The notes beneath the pieces were generated by a model. It saw only the letters and a list, made by a program, of their open reading frames with translations. It ran no database searches and was not told the DNA's origin. A stretch of DNA of 64,000 bases, taken from NCBI GenBank assembly GCA_045047115.1, contig JASFYR010000022.1:1-64000 (forward strand), given 5' to 3'. Position numbers and translations under genes: made by a program. Positions 1 to 9,287 of the stretch are shown here, piece after piece. The stretch is from Sulfurospirillum sp. GTDB lineage: Bacteria; Campylobacterota; Campylobacteria; Campylobacterales; Sulfurospirillaceae. The first letter of the stretch is position 1, and each line of letters opens with the position of its first letter.

Positions 1-596
1 TTTGTTATAACTGTATTCATTCCATAAGTCTCTTGATAAGATCTTACTATCATATCACTACTTGCCTTTGATGCTGAATATGGGCTATTTGGTGCATATG
101 GTGTTTCTTCTGTAAAAAGATCAGTCTCATTTAGAGTACCATATACTTCATCTGTTGAGATATGATGGAATCGTGGTAATGTTGAATTATTAATTTTAAA
201 TTTTGAATGGTATTGATTTGGTCCACTCATCCAATACTTATAGGCTACATCTAAAAGAGTAAATGTACCATTTACATTTGTTTCTATAAATACACCAGGG
301 TTTTTTATGGAGTTATCTACATGTGATTCTGCTGCGAAGTGGATAACACCTCTGATGTCATATTCGTTAAATATAAACTCTACCAACTCACGATTACAGA
401 TATCACCTTTGATAAATTTATATCTAGGGTTATTTTCACACTCTTTTAGATTATCTAAATCTCCTGCGTAAGTTAGTAAGTCTAAATTTATTATATTGTA
501 ATTTTTATATTTATCTATAAAGTATGGTACAAAGTTACTTCCTATGAAGCCTGCACAACCAGTTACTAAGATTGTCTTGTTATCATTGTTAAACAT
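1..596 (-). CDS. rfbB: dTDP-glucose 4,6-dehydratase (partial, 3' end runs off window)
   Basis: Not in ORF track; read manually from ATG at 596: MFNNDNKTILVTGCAGFIGSNF...DLLTYAG...HFAAESHVDNSI...HISTDEVYG...SPYSASKA; abuts rfbD stop. Confidence 0.95.
   Translation of the reverse strand, partial: MFNNDNKTILVTGCAGFIGSNFVPYFIDKYKNYNIINLDLLTYAGDLDNLKECENNPRYKFIKGDICNRELVEFIFNEYDIRGVIHFAAESHVDNSIKNPGVFIETNVNGTFTLLDVAYKYWMSGPNQYHSKFKINNSTLPRFHHISTDEVYGTLNETDLFTEETPYAPNSPYSASKASSDMIVRSYQETYGMNTVIT
177..209 (-). repeat. Degenerate 7-nt tandem array inside rfbB (CATTCAA AATTTAA AATTAAT AATTCAA CATTA), translated as HSKFKINNSTL
   Basis: Read directly from sequence; same unit as the arrays at 2047, 4692 and 4779. 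Confidence 0.7.
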
Positions 597-1463
597 TTAT
601 CTTATTTCTCCCATTTTTCTTAAACATTCATTTAAAGAATCTTTCCAATATGGTATTTCTATATCAAACTCTTTTTTTATTTTTGACTTGTTGAGCAGTG
701 AGTAGTGTGGACGAGTTGCTGGAGTTGGATAATCTTTTGTTTCTATAGGATTAATCTTGCAATCAACTTCTGAGAGCCTAAAGATAGCTTTTGCAAAGTC
801 ATACCAGCTTAGCGCTCCTTCATTTGAGTAGTGATATATTTCTACTGTTTTATTTTCTATCTGAGGTATAATATCAAGGATTGCTTTTGCTAAATCTCTT
901 GCATAAGTAGGAGTTCCAACTTGGTCAAATATCACTCCAAGTTCATCTCTTTGGCGACCTAGTCTTAACATCGTTTTTACAAAATTATTTCCAAATGAGC
1001 TATATACCCATGAAGTTCTAATGATAATAGAATTAAAAGGGTTTATACCAAGCATAGCTTTTTCACCATCGAGCTTAGTTTTTCCGTAAATTCCATTTGG
1101 CTGAGTCACATCATCTTCGTTGTATGGTTTATAGTTTTTACCGTCAAATACATAATCTGTTGAGATATGAATGAGTTTAACATTTTTATCTTTTGCAATT
1201 TCGCTCAAGTTTTTTACTGCAAGGTGATTTATCTTGTCAGCATTAACTTCGTCATCTTCAGCCTTATCTACTGCTGTATATGCTGCACAATTTATTATGA
1301 GATCTATATTATTTTTCTCTATAAATTCTTTAATAGTTTTTTCATCTGTAATATCTAAAGTATCTTTATCTGTAAATAAAAAGTTATAGTTGTATTGTGA
1401 TGATAATTCTCTTATCTCAGAGCCTAATTGACCATTGCTACCAGTAACTAGTATATTATTCAT
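597..1463 (-). CDS. rfbD: dTDP-4-dehydrorhamnose reductase
   Basis: GSNGQLG, NCAAYTAVD, HISTDYVFDG, YGKTK motifs; rml context. Confidence 0.95.
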   Translation of the reverse strand: MNNILVTGSNGQLGSEIRELSSQYNYNFLFTDKDTLDITDEKTIKEFIEKNNIDLIINCAAYTAVDKAEDDEVNADKINHLAVKNLSEIAKDKNVKLIHISTDYVFDGKNYKPYNEDDVTQPNGIYGKTKLDGEKAMLGINPFNSIIIRTSWVYSSFGNNFVKTMLRLGRQRDELGVIFDQVGTPTYARDLAKAILDIIPQIENKTVEIYHYSNEGALSWYDFAKAIFRLSEVDCKINPIETKDYPTPATRPHYSLLNKSKIKKEFDIEIPYWKDSLNECLRKMGEIR

Positions 1464-2031
1464 AATAGTTTATTCCATATTCAAACAAGTCACTAGTCTC
1501 ACCAAGCTTTGGCTGAATCTTATCTTTTGCAGAGAGGTTAAGTTCGGCATGTGGAACCAGCCAGTCGATCCCTAATGCTTCATCATCAAATGCTATACCT
1601 CTGTCATTTTCAGGTGAGTAGTAATTGTCTACTTTATAAGCAAATATAGTGTCATCTTCTAAAACAACAAATCCATGAGCAAATCCTCTTGGGACTAAAA
1701 GTTGTTTTTTATTTTCAGCACTAAGTTCTACACTTACATGTTTACCAAATGTGGGAGAGTCTTCTCTGATATCTACTGCTACATCTAAAACACGACCTTT
1801 TATAACTCTTACAAGTTTAGTTTGAGCAGCAGGATGAAGTTGATAATGAAGACCTCGTAGCACTCCACGACTTGATTTAGATTCATTATCCTGAGTGAAG
1901 TTTATCTTGTAACCTAAAAACTCTTCAAGTTTATCTGCCCTAAATGTCTCTACGAAGTAGCCCCTCTCATCTCCATGAACTTGTGGTTCACATATAACTA
2001 TATCTGGTATTTTAGTTCTTATAAAGTTCAT
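1456..2031 (-). CDS. rfbC: dTDP-4-dehydrorhamnose 3,5-epimerase
   Basis: DERGYF, QDNES, GVLRGLHYQ, GFAHGF motifs; RBS GAGG upstream. Confidence 0.96.
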   Translation of the reverse strand: MNFIRTKIPDIVICEPQVHGDERGYFVETFRADKLEEFLGYKINFTQDNESKSSRGVLRGLHYQLHPAAQTKLVRVIKGRVLDVAVDIREDSPTFGKHVSVELSAENKKQLLVPRGFAHGFVVLEDDTIFAYKVDNYYSPENDRGIAFDDEALGIDWLVPHAELNLSAKDKIQPKLGETSDLFEYGINYYE

Positions 2032-2046
2032 TTATTACCTCTTTAT

Positions 2047-2079
2047 CATTCAAAATTATACATTCAACATTCACAATTA
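2047..2079 (+). repeat. Degenerate 7-nt tandem array filling the rfbA-rfbC spacer (CATTCAA AATTATA CATTCAA CATTCAC AATTA)
   Basis: Direct reading; orientation opposite to the arrays in rfbB and the dehydrogenase. Confidence 0.75.
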
Positions 2080-2952
2080 TTGCTCAGCTTTGCTGATCAA
2101 ATACTGTCCGTACCCATTTTTCTTCAAAGGTTGTGCAAGCTCAAGAAGTTTCTCTTTACCTATATACCCCATCTCAAAAGCTATCTCTTCCAAACAAGCC
2201 ACTTTAAGCCCTTGACGATTTTCAATAGTCTGTATAAACATACTAGCTTCAAGTAGAGACTCATGTGTTCCAGTATCTAGCCATGCATAGCCACGACCCA
2301 TAAGTTCCACCTTTAAACGCTGCTCGGCTAAATAGTCTTGGTTTAGAGTAGTTATCTCTAACTCTCCTCTATCACTAGGCTCTACAAGCTTCGCTTTTTG
2401 CACTACATCATTAGGGTAAAAATAAAGTCCTATAACCGCATAGTTACTCTTAGGCTCAGTTGGTTTCTCTTCTAGTGAAGTCACAACACCATTTGCATCA
2501 AACTCAGCAACACCATAACGCTCAGGATCTTTTACATAGTAACCAAACACTGTAGCTTTATTCTCTTGCTCTGCATTTTTAACACTCTTAGCTAGAAGCT
2601 CTGTAAGTCCATGACCATAAAAGATATTGTCCCCTAAAACAAGACAAACATCATCATTTCCTATAAACTCTTCTCCAAGTATGAAAGCTTGAGCTAAACC
2701 ATCTGGAGAGGGTTGTACAACATATGAAAACTTCATCCCGATATCACTACCATCACCTAATAGTTTTTGGAAGTTTGGTAAGTCATCTGGTGTAGATATA
2801 ACTAATACTTCTGTAATTCCTGCTAGCATTAAAACAGATAGCGGGTAGTAAATCATCGGTTTATCATAGATAGGGACTAGTTGTTTACTTACCCCTTTTG
2901 TGATTGGGTAGAGTCTTGTTCCGCTTCCTCCGGCTAGAATGATGCCTTTCAT
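2077..2952 (-). CDS. rfbA: Glucose-1-phosphate thymidylyltransferase
   Basis: [41 protein letters not shown]. Confidence 0.97.
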   Translation of the reverse strand: MKGIILAGGSGTRLYPITKGVSKQLVPIYDKPMIYYPLSVLMLAGITEVLVISTPDDLPNFQKLLGDGSDIGMKFSYVVQPSPDGLAQAFILGEEFIGNDDVCLVLGDNIFYGHGLTELLAKSVKNAEQENKATVFGYYVKDPERYGVAEFDANGVVTSLEEKPTEPKSNYAVIGLYFYPNDVVQKAKLVEPSDRGELEITTLNQDYLAEQRLKVELMGRGYAWLDTGTHESLLEASMFIQTIENRQGLKVACLEEIAFEMGYIGKEKLLELAQPLKKNGYGQYLISKAEQ

Positions 2953-4640
2953 ATTTTTATTTTTCCATGTTCCAATGTATAAACTATATTACATTTCTCT
3001 ATAGTACTAAGTCTATGAGCTATTATTATCAAAGTTTTGTCTTTACTCGCTTCATATATTTCATCCATAATTTTAGCCTCCGTTTCATTGTCTAATGCAC
3101 TTGTGGCTTCATCAAGGACTAAAACTTCAGGGTTATCATACAAGGCTCTTGCTATGGCAATTCTTTGTTTTTGTCCGCCACTAAGCTTTATGCCGTCTTC
3201 GCCTACAATCGTATCAATTCCGTTTTGATGTTGGACTAAAAAATCATAAATATTTGCCTGTTTTAAAACCTCTATCACTCTTTCTTTGTTTGCAGCACTT
3301 CCAAATGCCACATTTTGTGCTACTGTACCATCAAAAAGATATACACTTTGAGGGATATAACCTATCTTTTTTCTCCACGATTTTATATTGGTCTCATTTA
3401 GTTCTGCATCATCAATGTTTATTTTGCCACTGTTTGGTTTGTAGAGACCTATAATCATATCAACCAAAGTACTTTTACCGCTCCCGCTCTCACCTACAAA
3501 TGCAATGCTTGAGCCTTTTTGTATCTCCAAATTTATGCCATTTAAAATAGGTTTGTTTTCAATATACTCAAAACTTACATCTTTTAGTGTAATTTTATTT
3601 TTAAATTCAATCTCATCATCTTGCAACTGTTCACTATCGTACATTATATCATTATGGATAATATCAAGTGATTTTTTATGATAAAGTATTTGATTATAAC
3701 TTGAAAGAATTCTATTTGCTGATGGCATAAGTCTGTAAAGTCCAAGTACAAACATGGAGATAAGTGCTATAGCACCAGAAATATCACTTTGATATTTCAT
3801 AACCAAATATATCACAATAAAAGCAACAATTGAAAAACCAATAGCCTCTAAAAACAGTCTTGGAAAATGTGAATAAGTTTCATTGAGAATATTGACCTTC
3901 GCAAAACCATGACTAGCCTTTGCAAATCTATCCATTATTTCTTGATTATTTGATTTGAGCTTTATAATTTTGAAGTTTCCCAATGAGCTATTTATAATTT
4001 CAAAAAAATCTTTCTGAAAACCTTCTCTGTCAACTCCTGCTTTTTTTATCCTCGGAGAGATAATTTTGAGTAAAAATAGTGCATTTAGTCCTAATATAAC
4101 AGTGAGTAAGATAGTAATCTTCCAATTTACATAAATCATCATAGAATATATAAATATCACTATAAATATTTCACTCATCATAAATAGTGCTGCTTGCATG
4201 ATGGTTGTTAGGTTTTGTGCTTCATTTATGATAGCTTTATTTAATTCACTGCTGTTTTTTTCTATAAAATTTCTGTAGCTCATCCCTAGGTAGTTTTCAA
4301 AAAGTCTATATGCCAAAAGATGGTATCTACCCTTTGCAAATTTAGCCAGCAGATAAAAGTAAAACAAATTTATAGCACTTCTTAAAATATAAAATACTAT
4401 TAAACCTATGCCAAAATATATGACAAAATCTATTTTATTGTGAAATCCAAACAGTGTATAAACATAATTATAATACTGATTTGAATCAATCAAATTAAAA
4501 TTACTTGCAACCGAAATAAATGGCATTATTATAGATATTCCAACAGTCTCAATAAGCGATATTATAATAGAAAACAAAAGCAAAAAAAGTAAAAACTGTT
4601 TATCTCTTTTTGTTAATAAGCTTCTTAATTTAGCTATCAA
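2949..4640 (-). CDS. pglK: ABC-type lipid-linked oligosaccharide flippase, PglK/WlaB-like
   Basis: TM domain plus NBD ([26 protein letters not shown]); extended first periplasmic loop ([10 protein letters not shown]...) and [10 protein letters not shown] resemble Campylobacter PglK; near pglB. Confidence 0.8.
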   Translation of the reverse strand: MIAKLRSLLTKRDKQFLLFLLLFSIIISLIETVGISIIMPFISVASNFNLIDSNQYYNYVYTLFGFHNKIDFVIYFGIGLIVFYILRSAINLFYFYLLAKFAKGRYHLLAYRLFENYLGMSYRNFIEKNSSELNKAIINEAQNLTTIMQAALFMMSEIFIVIFIYSMMIYVNWKITILLTVILGLNALFLLKIISPRIKKAGVDREGFQKDFFEIINSSLGNFKIIKLKSNNQEIMDRFAKASHGFAKVNILNETYSHFPRLFLEAIGFSIVAFIVIYLVMKYQSDISGAIALISMFVLGLYRLMPSANRILSSYNQILYHKKSLDIIHNDIMYDSEQLQDDEIEFKNKITLKDVSFEYIENKPILNGINLEIQKGSSIAFVGESGSGKSTLVDMIIGLYKPNSGKINIDDAELNETNIKSWRKKIGYIPQSVYLFDGTVAQNVAFGSAANKERVIEVLKQANIYDFLVQHQNGIDTIVGEDGIKLSGGQKQRIAIARALYDNPEVLVLDEATSALDNETEAKIMDEIYEASKDKTLIIIAHRLSTIEKCNIVYTLEHGKIKI

Positions 4641-5921
4641 TTACAATTTCCCATCACTATTATCTAAAACAGATTTTATATCGTAAATTACTAATTTTGA
4701 ATTTTTAATGTTTAATTTTGAATTAATATTTTTATATTCATCGTGAGCAACAGCTAGTACAACAGCATTATAATCTTGTATGTTTAATTTTGAATTGAGA
4801 ATTAAATCAATCTCATATTCTTTTTTTACTTCTTCTTTATCTGCCCAGTAGTCTGTCACTTGTACATCACATCCATACTCTTGAAGTTCTCTTATAACAT
4901 CAATAACTCTTGAGTTTCTTATATCTGGGCAGTTTTCTTTGAAAGTTATACCCATTACAAGAATTTTAGCCCCTTCTATCCTATGCCCTTTTTTTATCAT
5001 AAGTTTTATAACCTGTGAAGCTACATAGATTCCCATGTTGTCATTTAGTCGTCTTCCTGCCAAAATTATCTCTGGATTATATCCTACTTCTTGTGCTTTA
5101 TAGGTCAAATAGTAAGGATCTACACCTATGCAGTGACCACCTACAAGACCTGGGCGAAATGGTAAGAAGTTCCATTTAGTTCCAGCTGCTTCAAGTACTG
5201 CACTGGTGTCGATGTCTAAACGGTTAAATATCATAGATAGTTCATTTACAAACGCTATGTTTATATCTCTTTGTGAGTTTTCTATTACTTTTGCAGCTTC
5301 TGCTACTTTTATGCTAGGTGCTAAGTGAGTTCCTGCAGTGATGATGCTTGCATAAAGTTCATCTACTTTTTTTCCTGTTTCAGGAGTCGAACCTGCTGTT
5401 ACTTTTAGGATCTTTGTAACTGTATGCTCTTTATCTCCTGGATTTATTCTCTCTGGCGAGTAACCACAAAAGAAATCTTCATTAAATTTTAGGTTTGAGA
5501 ATTTTTCTAGTATTGGCACACACTCTTCTTCTGTAGCACCTGGGTAAACAGTAGACTCATAAATGACGATATCATCTTTTTTAAGTACTTTACCTATACT
5601 TTCACTAGCTTTTATAAGAGGTGTTAAGTCTGGTTTTTTATGTTTGTCTATTGGTGTTGGTACAGTTACTATATAGATGTTGCACTCTGCTATATCTTCA
5701 AGTGCATTTGTAAACTCCATATCATTTGCTATGGCTTCTTTTACTTGCGCTTCTGAGAGTTCAAGAGTTCTATCGTGACCACTTCGTAGTTCATCTATGC
5801 GCCACTGTGCTATGTCAAAACCAACTATTTTATACTTAGAACTAAATGCATGTGCCAAGGGCAAACCAACATAGCCTAGTCCAATTACTGCGATGCTTGG
5901 TTGAGAATTATTGTTTTTCAT
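4641..5921 (-). CDS. UDP-N-acetyl-D-hexosamine 6-dehydrogenase (WbpA/TviB/WbpO family)
   Basis: [43 protein letters not shown]. Confidence 0.92.
   Translation of the reverse strand: MKNNNSQPSIAVIGLGYVGLPLAHAFSSKYKIVGFDIAQWRIDELRSGHDRTLELSEAQVKEAIANDMEFTNALEDIAECNIYIVTVPTPIDKHKKPDLTPLIKASESIGKVLKKDDIVIYESTVYPGATEEECVPILEKFSNLKFNEDFFCGYSPERINPGDKEHTVTKILKVTAGSTPETGKKVDELYASIITAGTHLAPSIKVAEAAKVIENSQRDINIAFVNELSMIFNRLDIDTSAVLEAAGTKWNFLPFRPGLVGGHCIGVDPYYLTYKAQEVGYNPEIILAGRRLNDNMGIYVASQVIKLMIKKGHRIEGAKILVMGITFKENCPDIRNSRVIDVIRELQEYGCDVQVTDYWADKEEVKKEYEIDLILNSKLNIQDYNAVVLAVAHDEYKNINSKLNIKNSKLVIYDIKSVLDNSDGKL
4692..4807 (-). repeat. Two degenerate 7-nt arrays in the dehydrogenase C-terminus (4692-4727 and 4779-4807), translated as [12 protein letters not shown] and LILNSKLNI
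   Basis: Plus strand TAATTTTG AATTTTT AATGTTT AATTTTG AATTAAT and TATGTTT AATTTTG AATTGAG AATTAAA. Confidence 0.75.
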
Positions 5922-6084
5922 TGTTTGCCTTTGTTATTTTTATTATAGGTACTTATAAGTCAGTTGGTAAAATTCATTCTTCACTGCCTTTTGAATTCTA
6001 GCCATTTCTTGCTTATATGCCCATAAAAAGATTAGAAGAGTGTTTGGCTTTGTGTATTGCAGCGAATAATTGGAAAATAAAAAA

Positions 6085-6093
6085 TGATATAAT
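6085..6093 (+). promoter_or_regulatory. Extended -10 promoter (TGATATAAT) for the pglB operon
   Basis: Matches TGnTATAAT, typical of Campylobacterota sigma70 promoters; about 80 nt upstream of pglB. Confidence 0.6.
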
Positions 6094-6171
6094 ACAAGGT
6101 TGAAATTCTCAGTATAGTTATTATTACACCAAGAATTTAGATATAAAAGAAACTATTTTAAGGATAATTGG

Positions 6172-8319
6172 GTGAAAATTTTTAATTTACAAAAAAGTGA
6201 AGTATCAAAAAAAACTGTGGCAGTTATGATATTGGTAGCCTTTGTTTTTAGTGTTGTTGTGAGGCTTATATGGGTTTATCAATTTCATGGTTTTCATAAT
6301 TTTATGTGGAACAATCAATTCATGATAAATACAAATGACGGATATTTTTGGGCGGAGGGTGCCAGAGATATACTGAACGGTTTTCATCAGCCAAACGATC
6401 TCTCTCCTATCAGCACTGCTGCTTCAAAACTTACAGCAGCTTTTGCATATATACTCCCTTTTTCATTTGAATCCATTATATTTTATATGCCAGGGTTTTT
6501 AAGTTCTTTTATAGTCGTACCTATCGTGCTTATAGGCTATAGTTTGAAAAGAGTAGATTTGGGTTTTGTTGCAGCTCTGATTGGCTCGGTAGCCTGGAGT
6601 TACTACAACAGAACTATGGTTGGCTACTATGATACCGATATGTTAAACATTGTTTTACCGACTTTTCTCTTGTGGTCGATTATCGCCGCATTTAAAAGTC
6701 ATGAAGAGAAGTATATATTTTTTATTGCCTTGGAGATCATTGTGTATAGTTGGTGGTATCCTGGAAGCTACTCTTTGGAGTTTGCATTTTTTGGTTTGAT
6801 TTTTCTCTATACGATTGTTTTTGAGAGAAAAAATATATACAACTACAAACTTCTTGCGATTATGCTTTTTGCCATGATGGGTCTGCCTGGTATGTATAGA
6901 CTTATAATCGTATCTGTTGTTTTTTTAGGCTATAAAAGTAAAAAGCTTGACTCATATGTATACTATATTCTAGGGCTTGCTTTTATACTGTTTTTGGCAA
7001 CGGGTGGATTTTCTCCTATATGGTCTCAGCTTAAAGGCTATGTATTTAAGGATTCTGTAAAGGTTGACTCTGAGGGTTTAGGGCTACACTTTTTTTCAGT
7101 TATGCAGACAGTAAGAGAGGCAGGAAAGATACCTTTTGAAACTTTTGCAAATCGCATAAGCGGACACACTGTTACATTTATCCTCTCTTGTATCGGTTAT
7201 ATGCTGATGGTTTTTAGATATCCGTCTATGCTGTTTGGACTTCCTATGTTAGGGCTTGGATTTTTGGCATATGTCGGAGGTTTGAGATTTACTATCTATG
7301 CCGTACCTGTTTTGGCTTTTGGTATCTCTTATCTAATATTTTTATTAGGTGATTATCTGAAAGATTTTATGGGTAAAAATAAAAACAGTGTGTATGCAAG
7401 GCAGCTTTTTGTAGCTGTTTGTGTAGTAGCAGTCTTGTATCCAAATTTTAAACACATCATCGCATACAAAGTTCCAACAGTTTTTTCAAAACAGGAAGTT
7501 GCAGTACTTGATAAATTAAAAAAGGTAGCAAGCAGAGAGGATTATGTTGTGAGTTGGTGGGATTATGGTTATCCTATCCGTTACTATAGCGATGTTAAGA
7601 CTCTCGCAGATGGTGGCAAGCATAGTGGTGAGGTAAATTTTCCGCTTAGTTATATACTTACTTCTCCTCAAAAAGTTGCTGCAAAGATGGCAAGATTGGA
7701 TGTTGAATATACCCAAAAAGCTTTTCACTATGCAAAAGATAATCCAGATATCAACAGAAGCTATATAGAAAATATGACGCTAGATTATGGTTTTAAAAAT
7801 ACAAATAACTTTCTTTTAGCTCTGAAAACAGATATAAAACTTCCTGAAAAAACGAGAAATATATATATTTATCTGCCATTTCGCATGATGGGTATTCTCC
7901 CGACGATTGCAAGATTTAGCAATCTGGATTTGATGAGTGGAAATATCGACAGAAGACCTTTTTTCTATGAAACCAATAGATTTCGAGAACAAAATGGCAT
8001 ACTAAATCTTGCCAACGGTATATACTTTAACCAGAAAAAAGGGACTCTTAGAGTTGGAAAGCAGATGGTGCCTGTTAGGTCATTTTATATCACATATTAC
8101 GATAAAAATAAAAAACTGATTAGGCAGAGGCAGATATTGAATAAAAATGCATCTTTATCCATCATCTATATGCGCTCTTACAGGACTTTCTTAGTCTTGG
8201 ATCAAAATATGTTAAATTCTCTGTATATCCAACTTTTTGTTTTTGATAATTATGATAAAAAACTTTTCAAACCGGTCATTTTAACTCCAAGTGCAAAGGT
8301 ATATAAATTAAAGATATGA
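6172..8319 (+). CDS. pglB: STT3-family oligosaccharyltransferase for N-linked protein glycosylation
   Basis: NTNDGY, YYDTDM, QTVRE, WWDYG and DGGKH motifs; multiple TM helices; RBS AAGGA before GTG. Confidence 0.96.
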   Translation: MKIFNLQKSEVSKKTVAVMILVAFVFSVVVRLIWVYQFHGFHNFMWNNQFMINTNDGYFWAEGARDILNGFHQPNDLSPISTAASKLTAAFAYILPFSFESIIFYMPGFLSSFIVVPIVLIGYSLKRVDLGFVAALIGSVAWSYYNRTMVGYYDTDMLNIVLPTFLLWSIIAAFKSHEEKYIFFIALEIIVYSWWYPGSYSLEFAFFGLIFLYTIVFERKNIYNYKLLAIMLFAMMGLPGMYRLIIVSVVFLGYKSKKLDSYVYYILGLAFILFLATGGFSPIWSQLKGYVFKDSVKVDSEGLGLHFFSVMQTVREAGKIPFETFANRISGHTVTFILSCIGYMLMVFRYPSMLFGLPMLGLGFLAYVGGLRFTIYAVPVLAFGISYLIFLLGDYLKDFMGKNKNSVYARQLFVAVCVVAVLYPNFKHIIAYKVPTVFSKQEVAVLDKLKKVASREDYVVSWWDYGYPIRYYSDVKTLADGGKHSGEVNFPLSYILTSPQKVAAKMARLDVEYTQKAFHYAKDNPDINRSYIENMTLDYGFKNTNNFLLALKTDIKLPEKTRNIYIYLPFRMMGILPTIARFSNLDLMSGNIDRRPFFYETNRFREQNGILNLANGIYFNQKKGTLRVGKQMVPVRSFYITYYDKNKKLIRQRQILNKNASLSIIYMRSYRTFLVLDQNMLNSLYIQLFVFDNYDKKLFKPVILTPSAKVYKLKI

Positions 8320-9287
8320 TCTATTTTACTCTATTTTTACTCTCTTTTATATTGACATATGTCATAAAAAATATAGCTCTCAAAAAGTCTATGTTTGATA
8401 TACCAAACGAAAGAAGTTCTCATAGTGTTCCAATTCCCCATGGCGGAGGTATTGCTTTGGCTTTGACATGGTTTATCGGTTTAATCTATCTTTATATGCA
8501 TGACTTGATACAAAAGGATCTATTTCTCGCTCTATTTTTTGGAATTATTATCTCTTTTGTCAGCTTTCTTGATGATATCTACAAGCTTAGCCCAAAGATT
8601 CGGCTATTTGTGCAATTTTTTGTCTCCGGTTGTGCTTTGTATATCTCAGGAGGACTTTCGAAGATTGATTTTGGATTTTATGCCATAGACAATCAGATTT
8701 TTACAAATATTTTTGCGATTTTTATGATGGTTTGGTTTATCAATCTATATAATTTTTTAGATGGTATAGACGGTTATGCGGGGAGCGAAGCTATTTTTTT
8801 AGGATTGGCCGGATATTTACTGTTTAGCAATGCTGTTTTTTTGGTACTTATCGCAGCTGTAGGTGGATTTTTACTGTGGAATTGGCAAAAAGCAAAGATA
8901 TTTATGGGGGATGTGGGAAGTACGCTTTTGGGTTATAATGTTGCTGTATTTACTCTGTTTTACCAAAACAATGGAACTTCTTTTTTGGTTTGGATGATTC
9001 TTTTTTCACTCTTTTGGTTTGATGCCACACTTACTCTTTATCGAAGATATAAAAATGGAGAAAAATTGAGTCTCGCGCACAAAAAACACGCATATCAGAG
9101 ACTAAATCAAAGCGGATGGTCACATCAAAAAGTAGTTATGTATTCCATTTTGTTAAATCTTATACTGCTTATCTTTGCTTTTTTTGCAAAAAAATATCAA
9201 AATTTATCTTTGATAATGCTTCTGATGGCTATAATTATGCTCTGTGCTGTTATGAAAAATATAGATAAAAGAAAGAAATTTATATGA
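8316..9287 (+). CDS. Polytopic UDP-HexNAc:undecaprenyl-phosphate HexNAc-1-P transferase (WecA/WbpL, MraY-like family)
   Basis: PNERSSH..PHGGG, FLDD, NFLDGIDG, FMGDVGS, AHKKHAYQRL. Confidence 0.9.
   Translation: MIYFTLFLLSFILTYVIKNIALKKSMFDIPNERSSHSVPIPHGGGIALALTWFIGLIYLYMHDLIQKDLFLALFFGIIISFVSFLDDIYKLSPKIRLFVQFFVSGCALYISGGLSKIDFGFYAIDNQIFTNIFAIFMMVWFINLYNFLDGIDGYAGSEAIFLGLAGYLLFSNAVFLVLIAAVGGFLLWNWQKAKIFMGDVGSTLLGYNVAVFTLFYQNNGTSFLVWMILFSLFWFDATLTLYRRYKNGEKLSLAHKKHAYQRLNQSGWSHQKVVMYSILLNLILLIFAFFAKKYQNLSLIMLLMAIIMLCAVMKNIDKRKKFI

Noticed and set aside
5943..6005. Short minus-strand ORF MARIQKAVKNEFYQLTYKYL upstream of the dehydrogenase
   Set aside because: Only 20 codons, no clear RBS or recognisable homology; could be a remnant but unsupported.
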